64,000 nt of DNA from Phoronis australis. Lineage: Eukaryota; Animalia; Phoronida. Shown piece after piece: positions 39,501-52,586 of the stretch (position 1 is its first letter; every line of letters begins with the position of its first letter). The translations under genes were made by a program, and so were the position numbers. The stretch lies in assembly GCA_002633005.1 (NCBI GenBank), contig NMRA01000892.1, forward strand, positions 44,460-108,459, read 5' to 3'. The notes beneath the pieces were generated by a model that saw only the letters and a program-made list of their open reading frames with translations, was not told the DNA's origin and made no database searches.

Positions 39501-40328
39501 GACAACTACTAGTAAAATATCACAAAACTTGTACTAATTTAAAGTCAAATAAAGTATTTGCTAATGCAAAACAATAACACGGAAAATTGACATAGCTTTT
39601 GTTCAGTATAGAATGTTATTAGGTATCTTTTTCTCATAATATTACAAAATTTGGGTTTGCAGCGCTACCTGTGGTAGACTTTGTTAACCTTGTGCTAACA
39701 GTGATTAGCGTTAGCGTGGGCCTACGTCCCAACACAATGCTACTAACGCCGGGTAGGCCTATTCTTCAGTTGGCGAGGTCTTCTCAGTGGTTTTATGTTA
39801 CGAATTTACTCCATCAGTTTCAGAATCGTTTGTTGTTGTGCCGAAAACTAGTAGATATATAAAAATTTGACCTAAATCTACCGGGGTCACTCAAAATGAG
39901 CAATCAGTGCACTGGGACTGGCCGGAAGTGTGCCATATGGTCCGCCGGGCGAGTCGATGCAGGTCCCGTCCTCCAAATTACTTTGACATTTTCTGCTCTA
40001 CCGTAGTATAAACATAAAAATCAAACATAAGGGGGTTACATGCACTTCAGAATTGATTGTTCGGCGACCTGATATTAGATTTCTCGCCGTTTTTGAACGA
40101 AAGTTGCAGTTCTGCATACACGGTCGCGCTGTACGCCTCAGGCCAAAGATGTTCAGTAACAGAGCAGACAACCGAGGACGGCACACTTTTACCCTGGAAA
40201 CCTTTTAGTGCGGCATATAGTGACGATGAAAGTGATATCCCCGGCAGTGCCGGAAGGCTCGGCTAGCACCCGATGGTATTTTCACAATTAAGAATTCAGT
40301 ATTTCCTGATCTTGTGAGCACAACCAAG

Positions 40329-41235
40329 GTGTCTCCGTCCATCGAAATTAGAAACCCGATGTAAAACAGATATCCCGGAGTCGAAAACAGGCTTCCGCAC
40401 CTTAATTCAAAACAGCTACATGTATATAAAGCCCACGAACCCCGACCTTTTAAGTAATTCAGGAACCCCGGGGAGCGGACAGGACACCCGCCGGAGACAG
40501 AAACACCATTCCAGCAATCCTGTGAAACATAATACCTTAGTAGGCCTACCTTTAGACTGCTCAGTTGTTCATGCGACATGTATCACTTTCACATCTTTTG
40601 GTGAAGAAATTATTCACTTTAAATAGTTGTTGTGATACAGTGTTTTACTATATGAGAATTTTAAACAACTTATGACCGGTGGCGTTCTTTATTCTGTAGA
40701 TAAAGTAAATCGGCGAACCGTAAAATGCGGCCAATTGTAAAGATACATAAAAGAATTAATCAACAATGGCGCTTGAAATAATATTTTTGGTTTTTCATTT
40801 TTTGAAAATATTTTTGGAAAAACTACTGAAAAATCTGAAATTAAATATTTACCTACGGGATAAAAACAACTTAAGAGTATCGCCCACAGTCGACAAGTTT
40901 CACGAGCTTTATCCGAAAAAAACAAGCAGCAAAGTCGATATAACATTAAGTTACGTTGTATTACTGACAATGTTTAACAAACAAATGCAAAAAACAACTG
41001 GAAATTACTTGAAGATGCTTTAACTCAAATTTTACGGTTACTGACATCGCCTCGGAAAAATTGAAAAAATGTACGGGCTTCCTGTCCGACCCCCGGGGTT
41101 CCTGGTTTAAGGTCGGTGTTAGTGTTTTAAACGTCGGGGTTCATGTTTTTCGGGCTGGTTATCTGTACTAAAGGTGCGGGGTATGTTTTCGACTCCGATC
41201 TGTTTTACACCGGGATTCCAATTTCGATGGAACAC
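40329..41235. mobile_element. ~0.9-kb element with long (~150 bp) imperfect terminal inverted repeats
   Basis: tccatcgaaattagaaacccgatgtaaaacagat...ggagtcgaaaaca...caggaaccccgggg is mirrored by ccccggggttcctg...tgttttcgactccgatctgttttacaccgggattccaatttcgatgga. Confidence 0.75.
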
Positions 41236-43138
41236 TCTGACAACTAGACCGCGGAGTTGTAACTGGTCTTTACTGTCGGTTTCAGGATAGTTGCAGTCAA
41301 TCTACAGACAGGCAGGCATGAGAGGGGTACTAAACGTTCACAGTAATATACATCCCTGACCTGGAGCATACATGGAAGTCTGCGGCTAAATCAGCAGAAA
41401 TCCCAGCAAGCTATAATGCGCTTTTCGAGTTTTCTGCATATGTTGCTACTGCTTTAAAATCATTTTTAGCCATTCAAATTAAGGAATCTTTCGGCGACTG
41501 ATTCTAACGCATGCATCCTGGAAAAAAGCATTAGAATGTCGATCGCGACGTTGGTATTCTTGTAACGGCTCAATTATAAGTTCTTCCGAGTCCAAGTGTC
41601 GTTCATCAGAGCACTTTCATTAAGTTATGAATTACTTTTCTCATGTTTTCCATTACATACTGTCCGAATTTTCCGTGTTCGTTTAATTTTGCCTGAATTC
41701 GGGAAAATGAGAGCTCCCGCCCACAGGGAAGTCTATGACGACGATTTTAACAAAAATTATTTTGCGAAAAGACATCTACTAAATAATACTCAAGAGGAAC
41801 CCGGGGTATAGCTGGCAAAAAACACAAATCGAATTAGGCCTGGCTATAAAAAATCGGTCTCGATCCTAATTCATGAAAAGATTAAAAGGAGGCTTACAGT
41901 TTGGTGCGTCTCGGTTCTATTTCAATTCTCACTACCAGATTCACTCAGGCGCCATCGTCGGATACCCTGCTGACCTCCAAACACCACTGAGACGATACAG
42001 TGAGAAGTAGACCACGAATTGTTTCGTACGACTAGTGTCCCGTTTACATGCAGAATTTTACACGTATCGTAAATTTACATCGCGTTCCTATGGGGAAAAC
42101 AAAACACCATTTGCGCCCAGTAGACTACTACATCCTCTCAATATGCACAGTCATTACTATCACAAAGAACTATACAAATAGAGACCTTTAAGGTGGGACT
42201 GGCACCACAGATTTGGCAAAACAAAGAATATTTGGCATGGAACCATCCCAATAAAAACAGCTACATCACTACCAGCATGAAAGAGAGCTCCAGGTTACTA
42301 ATCGAATTTGCCAACTACTCAGTTCTGGACCAATAAAATTTCCACTAGGATGGTCCCGGATAGAAAACTTCTTTGTCATGGACTTGTTTAAGAAATGTTC
42401 GGCTGATTATATGAAGCATGTCAGAATATATTTCCGAAGTTTATCTAGCTTTCTGTAGTCGTTGGCATTTGAAGGAGGAATACATTTAATGCAGTCCAGA
42501 AAAACTTGAAAACTGCAAGAAACTAACAAATAACATGAGAAACTTCAATAGCATGAAAACCAGGTTATAGATCTGCTTTACAGATGCTGTAGCCTTGTGG
42601 GTAAATACTATGTGATTCAAATGTCACCATGTAATTGGGGACCGTCATATTGTCATAAAAGACCACAAAACATTTGCATGCTCTGAAGTACTATTGCAGC
42701 ATAGAGACAATTTGTTTACCTTGGGTTGAAATGTATGACTTAGCAAGTCAAGTACAGAGTTGTAGCCAGCTCATCTACTGAATATTTAAGTATCTAGACC
42801 ATGAGGCTACAATGATGAAGCTGTGCCCATGCTCACACGAAACGTTTGCTGGGTAAAACACAATTTTCAAAATACCCTGTAATTGATGCCGGACTTATTC
42901 ATAACAAAACAGAAAGTTTTGAGTGATATTCAGTCAAGATTAACTGGTTAATTGAAAAGTACAAAAATTAAATGAAATACACTCAGAAAACCCTCACTTT
43001 AAGACAAACATGGGAAACCACTTGCCTCATTAGGTGAAACTCAGGTACAAGCGCAGGTATGCAAAACAAGAGCAAATTTTTTGGAAAATGCATTTCAGAA
43101 ATAAATAAGCACATGGGTTGAAATACACACATATAATT

Positions 43139-43670
43139 ATGTCCATTTGACTGTATTTAGCTTGCTTGACCAGTGTCCATTACAGCACTGTGAGACTCCT
43201 GAGTGAGAACTGAAGCCAGTTCACCCATGTTAGTCCATTCAATGTTTATTTGACTGTACTTTGCTGGCTTGACCAGTGTCCATTACAGCACTCTGTGACT
43301 CCTGAGTGAGAACTACTGAAGCCAGTTCACCCTTGCTAATCCATTCAATGTACATTAGACGATTCTTAGTTTGCTTGACCAGTGTCCATTACGCCAAACT
43401 CCGAAGTGACAGCTAAAGCCAGTTCATCAACATCAAACAGTTCCATGTCCATTTGATTGTATATTGTTTGCTTGACCAGAGTCCATTACAGTGGACTCCT
43501 GAGTGAGAGTTGAAGCCAGTTTACCCACATTAATCCATTCAATGTCCACTATGACTGAACTTAGCTTGACCAGTGTCCATTACAGCGGACTCCTCAGTCG
43601 AGAGCTGAAGCCAGTTCACTCATATCTACCCGTTCAATGTCCATTTGAGTGTGTCTTGTTTGCTGAATTT
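43139..43670. repeat. Diverged tandem repeat, ~95-106-bp unit x ~5.5, overlapping the ZNF511 stop codon and 3' UTR
   Basis: Anchor cttgaccag at ~43165, 43268, 43374, 43470 and 43565. Confidence 0.9.
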
Positions 43671-43756
43671 GATGCCAGTCTTTGCGCTTTTTCTTGCCGC
43701 GAGGACGGTGGAACCCTCGGGTAGCACCTTGCCCAAAGCATATTGTTGTTGGTACC
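43594..43756 (-). CDS. ZNF511: Zinc finger protein 511, coding exon 6 (last)
   Basis: cag acceptor; VPTTICFGQGATRGFHRPRGKKKRKDW...ASALD* matches the ZNF511 C-terminal IPSTICFGQGAARGF motif. Confidence 0.92.
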
Positions 43757-44150
43757 CTGAATGTATCAAGCTACATTGTTACAAACATTCCATAAACTTC
43801 TCAGACTCCCAAGACAAAGAACATGTTTAAGACTCCCATATCATGGAATAAAAACAAAGACAGTACTCACAAAGTGGTGAAAAACTACAGCCTGTTTTAA
43901 TTGCAACTTTCTACGTATCACATAATTGTCAACTTCAATTCGAAGAATCAGACAACCTAATAATAAGAAACCCAGCAGGTCACAGTGTATCCAAAAAATA
44001 CACCAATTTAGATTCACCAACATTTACAAATATTTTGTTGAACTGATCACACTGAGGTGTCGCACGGATGTCAGCACGGCCAGTAACATAGCGAATTGCA
44101 ATTCAATTGTACCGATTCGTCTCCAAAACATCCAGGCATCTTCAACAAAA

Positions 44151-44310
44151 TATTTGTGAATAATTGCACTTCAGAAGTGTCCTATTTGTGAATAATTGCA
44201 CTTCAGAAGTGTCCTATTTGTGAATAATTGCACTTCAGAAGTGTCCTATTTGTGAATAATTGCACTTCAGAAGTGTCCTATTTGTGAATAATTGCACTTC
44301 AGAAGTGTCT
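44151..44310. repeat. 32-bp minisatellite x5 (tatttgtgaataattgcacttcagaagtgtcc)
   Basis: Near-perfect tandem copies in a ZNF511 intron. Confidence 0.95.
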
Positions 44311-44573
44311 TATTCAAACCTCGTTATCTATGTAGAATCTAAAGTAGCAGAGAATGTTAATTACTAGTGATATATCGGAAATTAAAAATAAAGTACACGA
44401 TAATATATCAAAACTTTTTGACACAAAGACCGAAATAAACCGAAAGATGGGTTACCACAAACGGCCGGGGTTGTCTTCAGTGTGTTATGTTAGACCCATA
44501 TAGGGCAAACTGAACCCACCTCGGGCACCACTGACCACACTTCAAACAACTCTTACTAATGGTAATGGCTTAC

Positions 44574-44630
44574 TTATATGAAAACTTTCTTGGCACTCCT
44601 GTGTCCATTGGTTCCTCAAGTTTTGCAATG
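44574..44630 (-). CDS. ZNF511: ZNF511 coding exon 5
   Basis: ttgcag/gtaagc boundaries, 57 bp, phase 2-2: IAKLEEPMDTGVPRKFSY(K). Confidence 0.75.
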
Positions 44631-44759
44631 CTGCAACACAAAGTCAACATAATACTACAGTTGAACGTTACTCATTAACCCTTAAATTCAGTTAATCAAC
44701 CCAAAAAGCAGTTTTAATGTTTAATATAACCAAAACAAAAAAATTCTGAATTTAAACGC

Positions 44760-45080
44760 ACAGGTCTGCCCAAGAGCAAGAGAACTGTGGAATATGCAAC
44801 ACTGGCCAAATTGAAAATGAGATTAATTTTATGTGTCACTGTCCTGTCTTAGTGATGTGCTCCAAAGTTTGAAGACAAATAGGACAATTGACAGATGATG
44901 ACAAAGCAGTTAGATTATTTCAAAGTTTCGATCTTTGTGAAATAAAAAGCCTGGTGCTCTATATTTCTAGAGCAACAGTGCTAAGAGCTGAATTTTTATC
45001 ATTGTAAAGATGTAAATGTCAACTGTATTATGAGGTCAAGGCCTACATACAATAAACATTTCCGATTATGATTTTGATTT
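44760..45080 (+). mobile_element. 5'-truncated RTE-X-like LINE 3' end
   Basis: CGICNTGQIENEINFMCHCP zinc-knuckle remnant, then AATAAA and a (tgattt)-like tail. Confidence 0.6.
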
Positions 45081-45282
45081 AAACACGAATAACTTTCTTA
45101 TAGCAGACGTCAAAATACATCAGAATAAGTTTCACAACTGTCTATATCATGATAAGGCGCGTCAGTTTCTTGACGTCACAGAAAAGGCATTTCTACCATA
45201 ATCCAGTTGAGTCATGTTTTGACATGATTTTTGGTTTTGAGACTACTTCGGTGTGCTGAATAAGTAATGAATTCATTTTTGT

Positions 45283-45408
45283 AATATATTTGGCAATAGT
45301 CTGATACAACATGCCTGCATTTTGAGAACCAGTTTGATGCCCGTTATTTAGTGGGGAAAACTGGTTCTCTAAATTTGGGCACGTTATATCAGACCATTAC
45401 CATATATT
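45283..45408. repeat. Imperfect palindrome (hairpin MITE-like)
   Basis: atatttggcaatagtctgatacaacatgcc...gagaaccagttt pairs with aaactggttctc...gggcacgttatatcagaccattaccatatat. Confidence 0.65.
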
Positions 45409-45588
45409 CTATATACATGTCTAAAAATTTGGTTCAACAGACGACACGAGACAGAACACATATGTAGTTATAACAAAACAACCTCTATTAATATGAACAA
45501 ATTAGTTACAAATCTGATGAATAAGTAGCACTATCCATAATCTATATGATGAACTAAAAGTGCCATTATAAGAAATTTGGAGTAATAC

Positions 45589-45713
45589 CTTTTGTGCGTT
45601 CGATTTCTATGAAACCTGAAAGACGACGGGTACTTGTGTATAGTGATCAGGTGATCTTTTCTTTCTTTGGCATTGGAGAAAGTGTCTGTGCATTCTTCAA
45701 CCAAGCACTGATA
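45589..45713 (-). CDS. ZNF511: ZNF511 coding exon 4 (third C2H2 finger)
   Basis: YQCLVEECTDTFSNAKERKDHLITIHKYPSSFRF; ag/gt boundaries, 125 bp. Confidence 0.95.
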
Positions 45714-46350
45714 CTAAAATTAGAATGAATAGAGTACAAAAAATCTCCTAACAAGTGACCTTTGCACTAATGACGTACCTTGAGGGCTCACACAGCCCGC
45801 ATCATGCAGTGTTATTCCCCAACGCCACGTCACGATACTTACTGGACACGATTGAGTGATTTACGGAGGACCATTTCCAGTACAAAACTCATTCTTAAAA
45901 ACATTTGGCAATTTTCAACCTACTTCATATTCACGTCATCGCTATGTTGTGTTTGTAACTAATTTGACCAAAAAATGACAGAGATAAGGAATTAGCGTGA
46001 AAGTTCCACCTAAAAAATGTGAAGCAAATTGGTATGCAATCGAGGGGAGTTCTGTATAGACAGTTGAATATGACTGAGGCCCGCACATACCATAAATTAC
46101 GAGAAAAGACATCTCTTTCATCTTTGTAAAAGGAAATTTATAGTGTTAGATTGCAAAAACCTAGCAATATGAAAACAGCCAGAATGTTTCATAACACTGC
46201 ATATTGTGACAGTTTCTAGAAATCATTCCAAAAAACAACAAAAATTGCCAATGACCCAATACTCGAGAAACCATATATTTTCTAACCAAGAAGTTCTCCA
46301 CTAAATTTCAGATTGGCAGTGCCTCCCCAGAACCTAGCGACCCTAGTTAC

Positions 46351-46492
46351 CATTTTGTGTTTGTCAGCCATAAGTTGAAACATAATGTCGTGCCACTCCA
46401 GAATATGAATATCCAACAGATGATTGGATGGGAACTTTCGATGACACTCCATACACACATGCCTGTGGTTCGTGTTATAGTGAGCCTCATAA
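46351..46492 (-). CDS. ZNF511: ZNF511 coding exon 3
   Basis: YEAHYNTNHRHVCMECHRKFPSNHLLDIHILEWHDIMFQLMADKHKM; ttcag/gtaac, 142 bp. Confidence 0.95.
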
Positions 46493-47040
46493 CTGAAATG
46501 GACAAGTTACACGCTGCAGTTTATACTTTCCATCAGACACTGGCACTGTGAAATGAGTATCCCAACTGACTGATCAGCCAGTCAGGATACAATGGTGTTG
46601 TTATCAGTTTGACAGTGGAAAACCAATGTGTACACAGTCCAGCTCTCTTAATGTCTGCTTTCATCTGATAAGCTTATGTAATCCAGCAATTATGTTGTAA
46701 ACAATGGGTCTGATGCTAACCAATATTTAAAAATACTATTTGCAAACGACTTTCAACAAATGTCATGAGTCAGATGCATTTGGTAAGAAATACTTTCACC
46801 AAAAAACTTCGAATGGAGAAAAAAGGTTGACTTTCAGAGAAATTAGGCTTAACTTTCACCTATTGATTCCTATTTGTGTGACTGTAAGCTCTGACCAGCT
46901 TAACACAGTATTGTGTACCAATACAAAAGGTTTGCTGGACAATTTTAATAGAGCGCGATTCTAGATTAGATGGTGATAGTGGATATTTCTTGATTTTTAC
47001 ACTCCAGAAGAATGGCATGTAATGCTGCAAAGAAACTTAC

Positions 47041-47100
47041 TTGTAGACAGAAGAAAAAGTTTGATTACAGCCAGACACATTGCATGGAAATTCCTCAAAC
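47041..47100 (-). CDS. ZNF511: ZNF511 coding exon 2
   Basis: FEEFPCNVSGCNQTFSSVY; tacag/gtaagt, 60 bp, phase 2-2. Confidence 0.92.
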
Positions 47101-47779
47101 CTGTAAGTTGAACAAAGGCAGACATGTAAATAAGTGTGGCATTGTGTGTGGTTTTAAATGGATCGTAACTTAAGTACTTGGAGAAGTTCCACTGTTTGTA
47201 CTAAGCAACTGATAATTGTTTGTACAGAAAACGAGGTTATCAGCAGTTACTTCCTAGCAATGGCAAGCTAACCCAGACTACGGGATCGAGTCTTTCCGTT
47301 CGCTAAAAACCTTGAATATTCAATTTCAAAGTTGTACAACAAACATCACATCAAATAATGATGGGGATATTTTTTCTGTAGGCACAGTTATCTGGACGAC
47401 CAAAATTTGATTCTACGGCGGCTGCAAAAGGACAGCAGATAAGTGTTTTAACTTTATTGATAGACTTGACATGAAATTTCGAGATCTTTTGGCAACTGAG
47501 TATGTAATAGAAAACAACTGTTTAGATAGATCCTTTTTTGAAACAAATCAATTTGTCAAAATTCAAACTTTCCCAATAATGGCAATCGATGACAGGAATT
47601 CACCATCATTTTATCCTGTGCACTGTATTGCAAAACTGCCATCTTTGTTTTGAAGTCCTCAGGTACATCTTCAGTTCCTGCATTTGAAGTCAAGGTAAAT
47701 AATTGAGTTCTCAGAATTGCAAATCACCATGATTATACAATCTGATGCCACCGCGCAGGACTGAAAAGGCTGAATAGAG

Positions 47780-50700
47780 CAGGGCTTGACACAACGAGCT
47801 GCAGGTCGCGTTTGCGACCTGAAATTTGGAAATGCGAGCTGAGATTTTTGACAGCATGTATCAAGTCGCAAAATGTGACCTGGAATTTCCGAAGTCTGCG
47901 AGCTGAGTTTTTAAACTTCTTGGCAGATAACTGACAAATATAAAGCATGTCGTTTGAATCCGACCGTGATTTGGTTGTTGCCAAATCAAGTTCAAAAGAA
48001 CACTAACCGAGAGCAGTCCTCTCGATGACTTGTAAGCATATCGTGTGAACATGAGATAATGAAGAATCGATTTTTGACGCGTTTCATTGGCTAACATTTT
48101 CGGCTACTTTTGCAAATTTCCGAATGTGCCGAAGAAAGTTTCTTACCATGGCATAACACATGATAAAACATCACAAAACAGCGGTCTTTTACTAATTGTT
48201 TAACGATCAATTTGCCAAACTTTGTGGTAGAAAAACGTATTTATTTTTCACGTAACTTGTGACGTTATTATCAAATATCCGCGACAGTATCACTGATATC
48301 AGACTACGGCACGTGTCAGTCCCATTGTTAGCGCAAGTGGTGGTAGATTATCATGACATGGAAATATGCGTCTCGTTTTTTATCGCAAGACAGTAAACGT
48401 GAAAATGGCAGCCTTATTAATCCCCAAAAGATGGCAACATGTCTACTTTCAGCAAAGTTGCTTTTGAATCACCAAGAAATTTTCAAACCCTTTACTTGTT
48501 GCTGTGGCTACGTGTGCGCGATGTGACTAGTCTGTCACATGTTGTTGTAAAATGTGATTCAAGTACTTAAACTCACAAGTGCGCACTACTACAAAGCTGC
48601 ACATCAAAAGATAACAGCGACAGTCCAAAATGAAAGAGTAAACCGGCTTGGCTCTGCTCAGCACCCGGGCAATGAACCTAACAGATTCCCGGCGGTTATA
48701 AAAGACCGGATGCTTTACAATATTCCCCGGGACCGATGTAACTAGATATTTTCCTGTTCCGATGTTTCACTGGGTCGATGTTCCCTAGGCTTGATGTTCT
48801 ATGGCCGTAGCCAGTTATTGCAACAAAACCATTCTCAATACATTTTATGCCAGTTGAATTGAATGCAACCAACCTTGCGCAAACAAGAGAACGTCAGTGT
48901 ACATATGTATTTATCTGATAACAATTCTTTACCCTGCAGTTTTCATGAATTTTTAATGACGATTCTTGGAACGAGTGTAATCTGAAATGCGACTGTTGTA
49001 ATGTCGGTTGAAATAAATGTAACCAACCTTGCATGTATTTATTTGATAACGATTCTTTACTCTGCATTGTGAACAACAATGTCGAGGCATAGTTTTCCAA
49101 CCATTTTTTCATACTGATTCCTGGAAAGAACGCAACCTGACACGCTTCGGAACTCAGTAACAGTAGCATAGAATGTGCATTTGAAAACTGCACTCGTCAG
49201 ATGTTGTCACTCAACAGGAAATGTTTGTATGCATTGAAAGATAACTTTTATTCACCGTTACTATGGAGATAAGAAAAGAGCGTGATCTAGTTTTTGAAAT
49301 CAGGCACATTTTCGTGTCTCTCATTATCGGGAAGGCAAAGCATTTCAGATCACGCATCCACGGATATTTATCCAGTTTATAAAACTTTTTCACACCGGTG
49401 TTGCAGCCCACAACACAACACTTAATACTTCGTTAGTATAGGGAGAATGAATAGAGTAATGCAACCGAGAAAAACTTGTTAAGAATCAGACAACAACTAA
49501 CATGTGAAACTCCAGTGGCTCGAAAACGAGGCAGCAAATGTGCCTGATGAATGTTTACGGCATTGTGGGTAAATACTGCGAGATTCGAGTGTCGCTGTGT
49601 AATCCAGGGCGGCCCTATTGCCATGAATCTCAAGTATAAAGTACTAACTGTATGGTTTTAATTCTACCAGTTATGTGTGCTTCGTCTGTACAGTTAATGG
49701 TGGAAAGCGGCCGAAAAACATGCTATTAACTTCAGCATTTGCATTATACTCAAATAAACCCCCGGCATAAATCCTGAAGGTTACTGGTGTGATACAGTGA
49801 CTTCTTCAGTTCTGACAGTGGCGTTATGTTGAACTCGGGAGACGATTTGTGTGCGTTAAAATATTGCCCTTTCTTATCCGTAGGATTCACAAAGGATTGT
49901 AGGTGATACTCAAACATTAAACTAAGACCGTGAGTTATTTTTAGAAATGCCATTGCTTGATAGAACGCTTGTCGGCTGTCCCGCTGGTTTCCAGCTGTAG
50001 CGCAGCTTAGAAGTCTCTAAAAAATGTTATTCACTAGACAGCTACTTGGAAATTTGAACACACATCTTAGTGGAGTACAGGGATTTCATCGCTTACTTCT
50101 CTCCGAGCCAGTTCTAAATGTCGTCTTGTCTTTTACGCTGGCATTTCCTCCACGGTAATTCTATGTTTCAAACACTCACTGATGCCTTGCTATGCGAGAG
50201 GTGACCTAATTTCAAAAGCACAGCCTCATGATGGTCACGTGACACAACTCGTTTCACTGACTCCGGCAAGTGTGCAAAGAAGCCCATTAATTGGTCCAGT
50301 CTCATAAACTTTACGTAAGCGGTGGCAGATTTAGGGGGGAGGGGGCCATGGCCCCCCTAAAATTCTCCCAGATACCATTTGGCAGCTTGGGAGTTGGAAT
50401 GTCTGCCCTGCCCCCTCCCCAACTCAAAATCCTGGATCCGCCTCTGGACACCCCCCGTGGTTTGAAATTGACATGCAGCCTATTTCATGAGTCATTTTCA
50501 TTTCACACAACAAATTCAGCTTTCAAAAAAGTCTTTCCTCGATAAGTAAAATCCAAACCCCAGCTTTGTTTTATACCTCTGAAAGAAAGTTAACACTACT
50601 GACTTGCGTATCGTTTTGTGACTGACCTATTTTTCCCATACACAGAAGGTATTGAGGAGCAAACTCGAATTACCCGATGGAAATGGCACGGAGTCAGGAA

Positions 50701-51333
50701 TTATTTCGAACCTTTTCGTTTTACGGAAAGTTGCACATTTTGTTGTGAAATTTGTCTTTTGGCTAATGCAACCTTTCACGGATTTTTTCGACAGGATATA
50801 TTTCCAGCGTTAAGTTGCTAGATCAGTACATGTAAGTTTAGAATGCAAACTAAAAGTGGATTGAGTTTGCATTCTGTGTTATCTTCAGCGACGTTAATGA
50901 CAGTCATCAAATCAGGTCAGACCTGGCAAAATGGCGGATACTTTTTCAACGAGCATTTTCTCCCTTTGCACATTGCATACTTAGCTACTCGAATGCACAT
51001 GTCAGTTAGAGAGCACTGATTTAACTTTCACGTCGGCAACTAGCCTTGCACACTAGAGCTTTTAAATTGTAGTCGTGAAGAACCGTAAGGCCACACCTGC
51101 ACGTAAGATCCCAATTTTGCGACTTGAAATTTGTGAGTATTTAACGCCGCAGGTAAGAGCATAATCTACACATTTTCTCGATGATCTAAAAAAAATCAAT
51201 TTTGGCACGTAAAACGGCAGGAAATTTTTGGGACCTGACACTCATGAATGCGAGCTGAATTTTAAGAATGCGACCTGAGATTTTGGTTATGTCCCAAAAT
51301 GGGACCTGGCGATTTTCATAGCGTCGAGCCCTG
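47780..51333. mobile_element. 3.55-kb hAT-like element in a ZNF511 intron, TIR CAGGGCT(T/C)GAC, 5-bp TSD TAGAG
   Basis: TAGAG at 47775-47779 and 51334-51338; tgcgacctg/tgcgagctg subterminal repeats at both ends; only weak transposase-like remnants inside. Confidence 0.85.
50319..50446. mobile_element. Short G/C-run MITE (GTGGCAGATTTAG...GGATCCGCCTCTG); related inverted copy at 54814-54894
   Basis: ggccatggcccccctaaaattct.ccagataccatttggcag is shared with the reverse complement of 54814-54894. Confidence 0.7.
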
Positions 51334-52452
51334 TAGAGTTGTTGCGTGCCTGGCTGTACTCATTACCTGGATGTATGCTCGATGGGAGGGGCATTCCATT
51401 AATTCCTGAGTGACAATGCACAAAGAGCATGGCTGGGAGATTTGTTACATTGCCGTTGAATGCACGACTCATTTGAAAGTTTGGTTGGAAAACAGGTGTG
51501 TAGCAAACACTTCAAGACCTCTGACTATGACCCAGTGTCTTACTGAAGTTAAAGAGACAGTGTTGCACTCTTTCTTGGTATAACTCGGTTTGAACTGATA
51601 GCCTTCTACCACATTCCAGTGCAGAAAGTTCTCATCATTACTTGGGACTATATCGGTGTTGGACTGGTACTCCCATGTTTCGATTTCCAACTCGGGCATG
51701 CTTACCAAAGCCATCTCGAGTTGGATTTCATACACATTTTACAGTTTATTCCAGGAACTCCTAAGAAATACCCTCCACACAACTTGATCAATAAACTGGC
51801 GAATGACTTGAGAAAAATGGCAACAAAGACAGTAATTTTTCAACAATTCACTACATAAAATGGCGGTGAATTCGTGTGACATCGAATTCCAAGTTTCAGG
51901 AAAGCTTGGAGTTCGGCTTTTCCAATAAGGTATCCAGTTCAATTGTTATCATTTATCCAAATGTCAAAAAAATCGTCCAATTTTCCTATAATTTTTAATC
52001 AACAGGCTTACCAACTATATTAGAGAGAGATATAAACTTTTTTTAAATCATATGAAAACATACATTGTTATATGACTGGGTGGCCAGCAAAGGCATCGGC
52101 CACTACTAACTGACCACTAGTAACAATAAATTAAGAACAATTAAGAAGAACAATATATATAACAACAGAACAAAGTACATCTACAATGAAGTAAAATACA
52201 TTGTAAGTTTATTTAAAAATGTAAATAAAATGTATTTTACAAAGAATTAAACACAGGACTATTGATACAAGAAAAAACCACACAGTTAGAAAAGCATATG
52301 ACTAAGATGTAAGACATGTGACATATCTGGAGAAAAACTTTCATGTCCTCCTATAGAGCCAACACACCGCTAACAGTGGATTCATGGACAGAGTTCATCT
52401 ATTAAGGCAGTAGTTACTGCGCTATGTTACCTACTACGTTTAACACGATTAC

Positions 52453-52586
52453 CTGGTGAGCAGATCAGCATGATCCTCTACAGGCACATGCTTTATAACC
52501 ATGTTACACCTGAGGTTGCCATCTTCAAAAAATACATGGTCAGGGCCAAACCTCCTCTTGGTATGTTTCCAGGAATTTGCCATCAT
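52453..52586 (-). CDS. ZNF511: ZNF511 coding exon 1
   Basis: In-frame TGA TAA immediately before ATG; MMANSWKHTKRRFGPDHVFFEDGNLRC... matches ZNF511 RFPREHQFFEDGD; gtaatc donor. The six exons sum to 681 nt (226 aa plus stop). Confidence 0.92.

Noticed and set aside
44151-44310. 32-bp repeats as a CRISPR array
   Set aside because: Head-to-tail copies with no spacers, inside a eukaryotic intron, with no cas genes.
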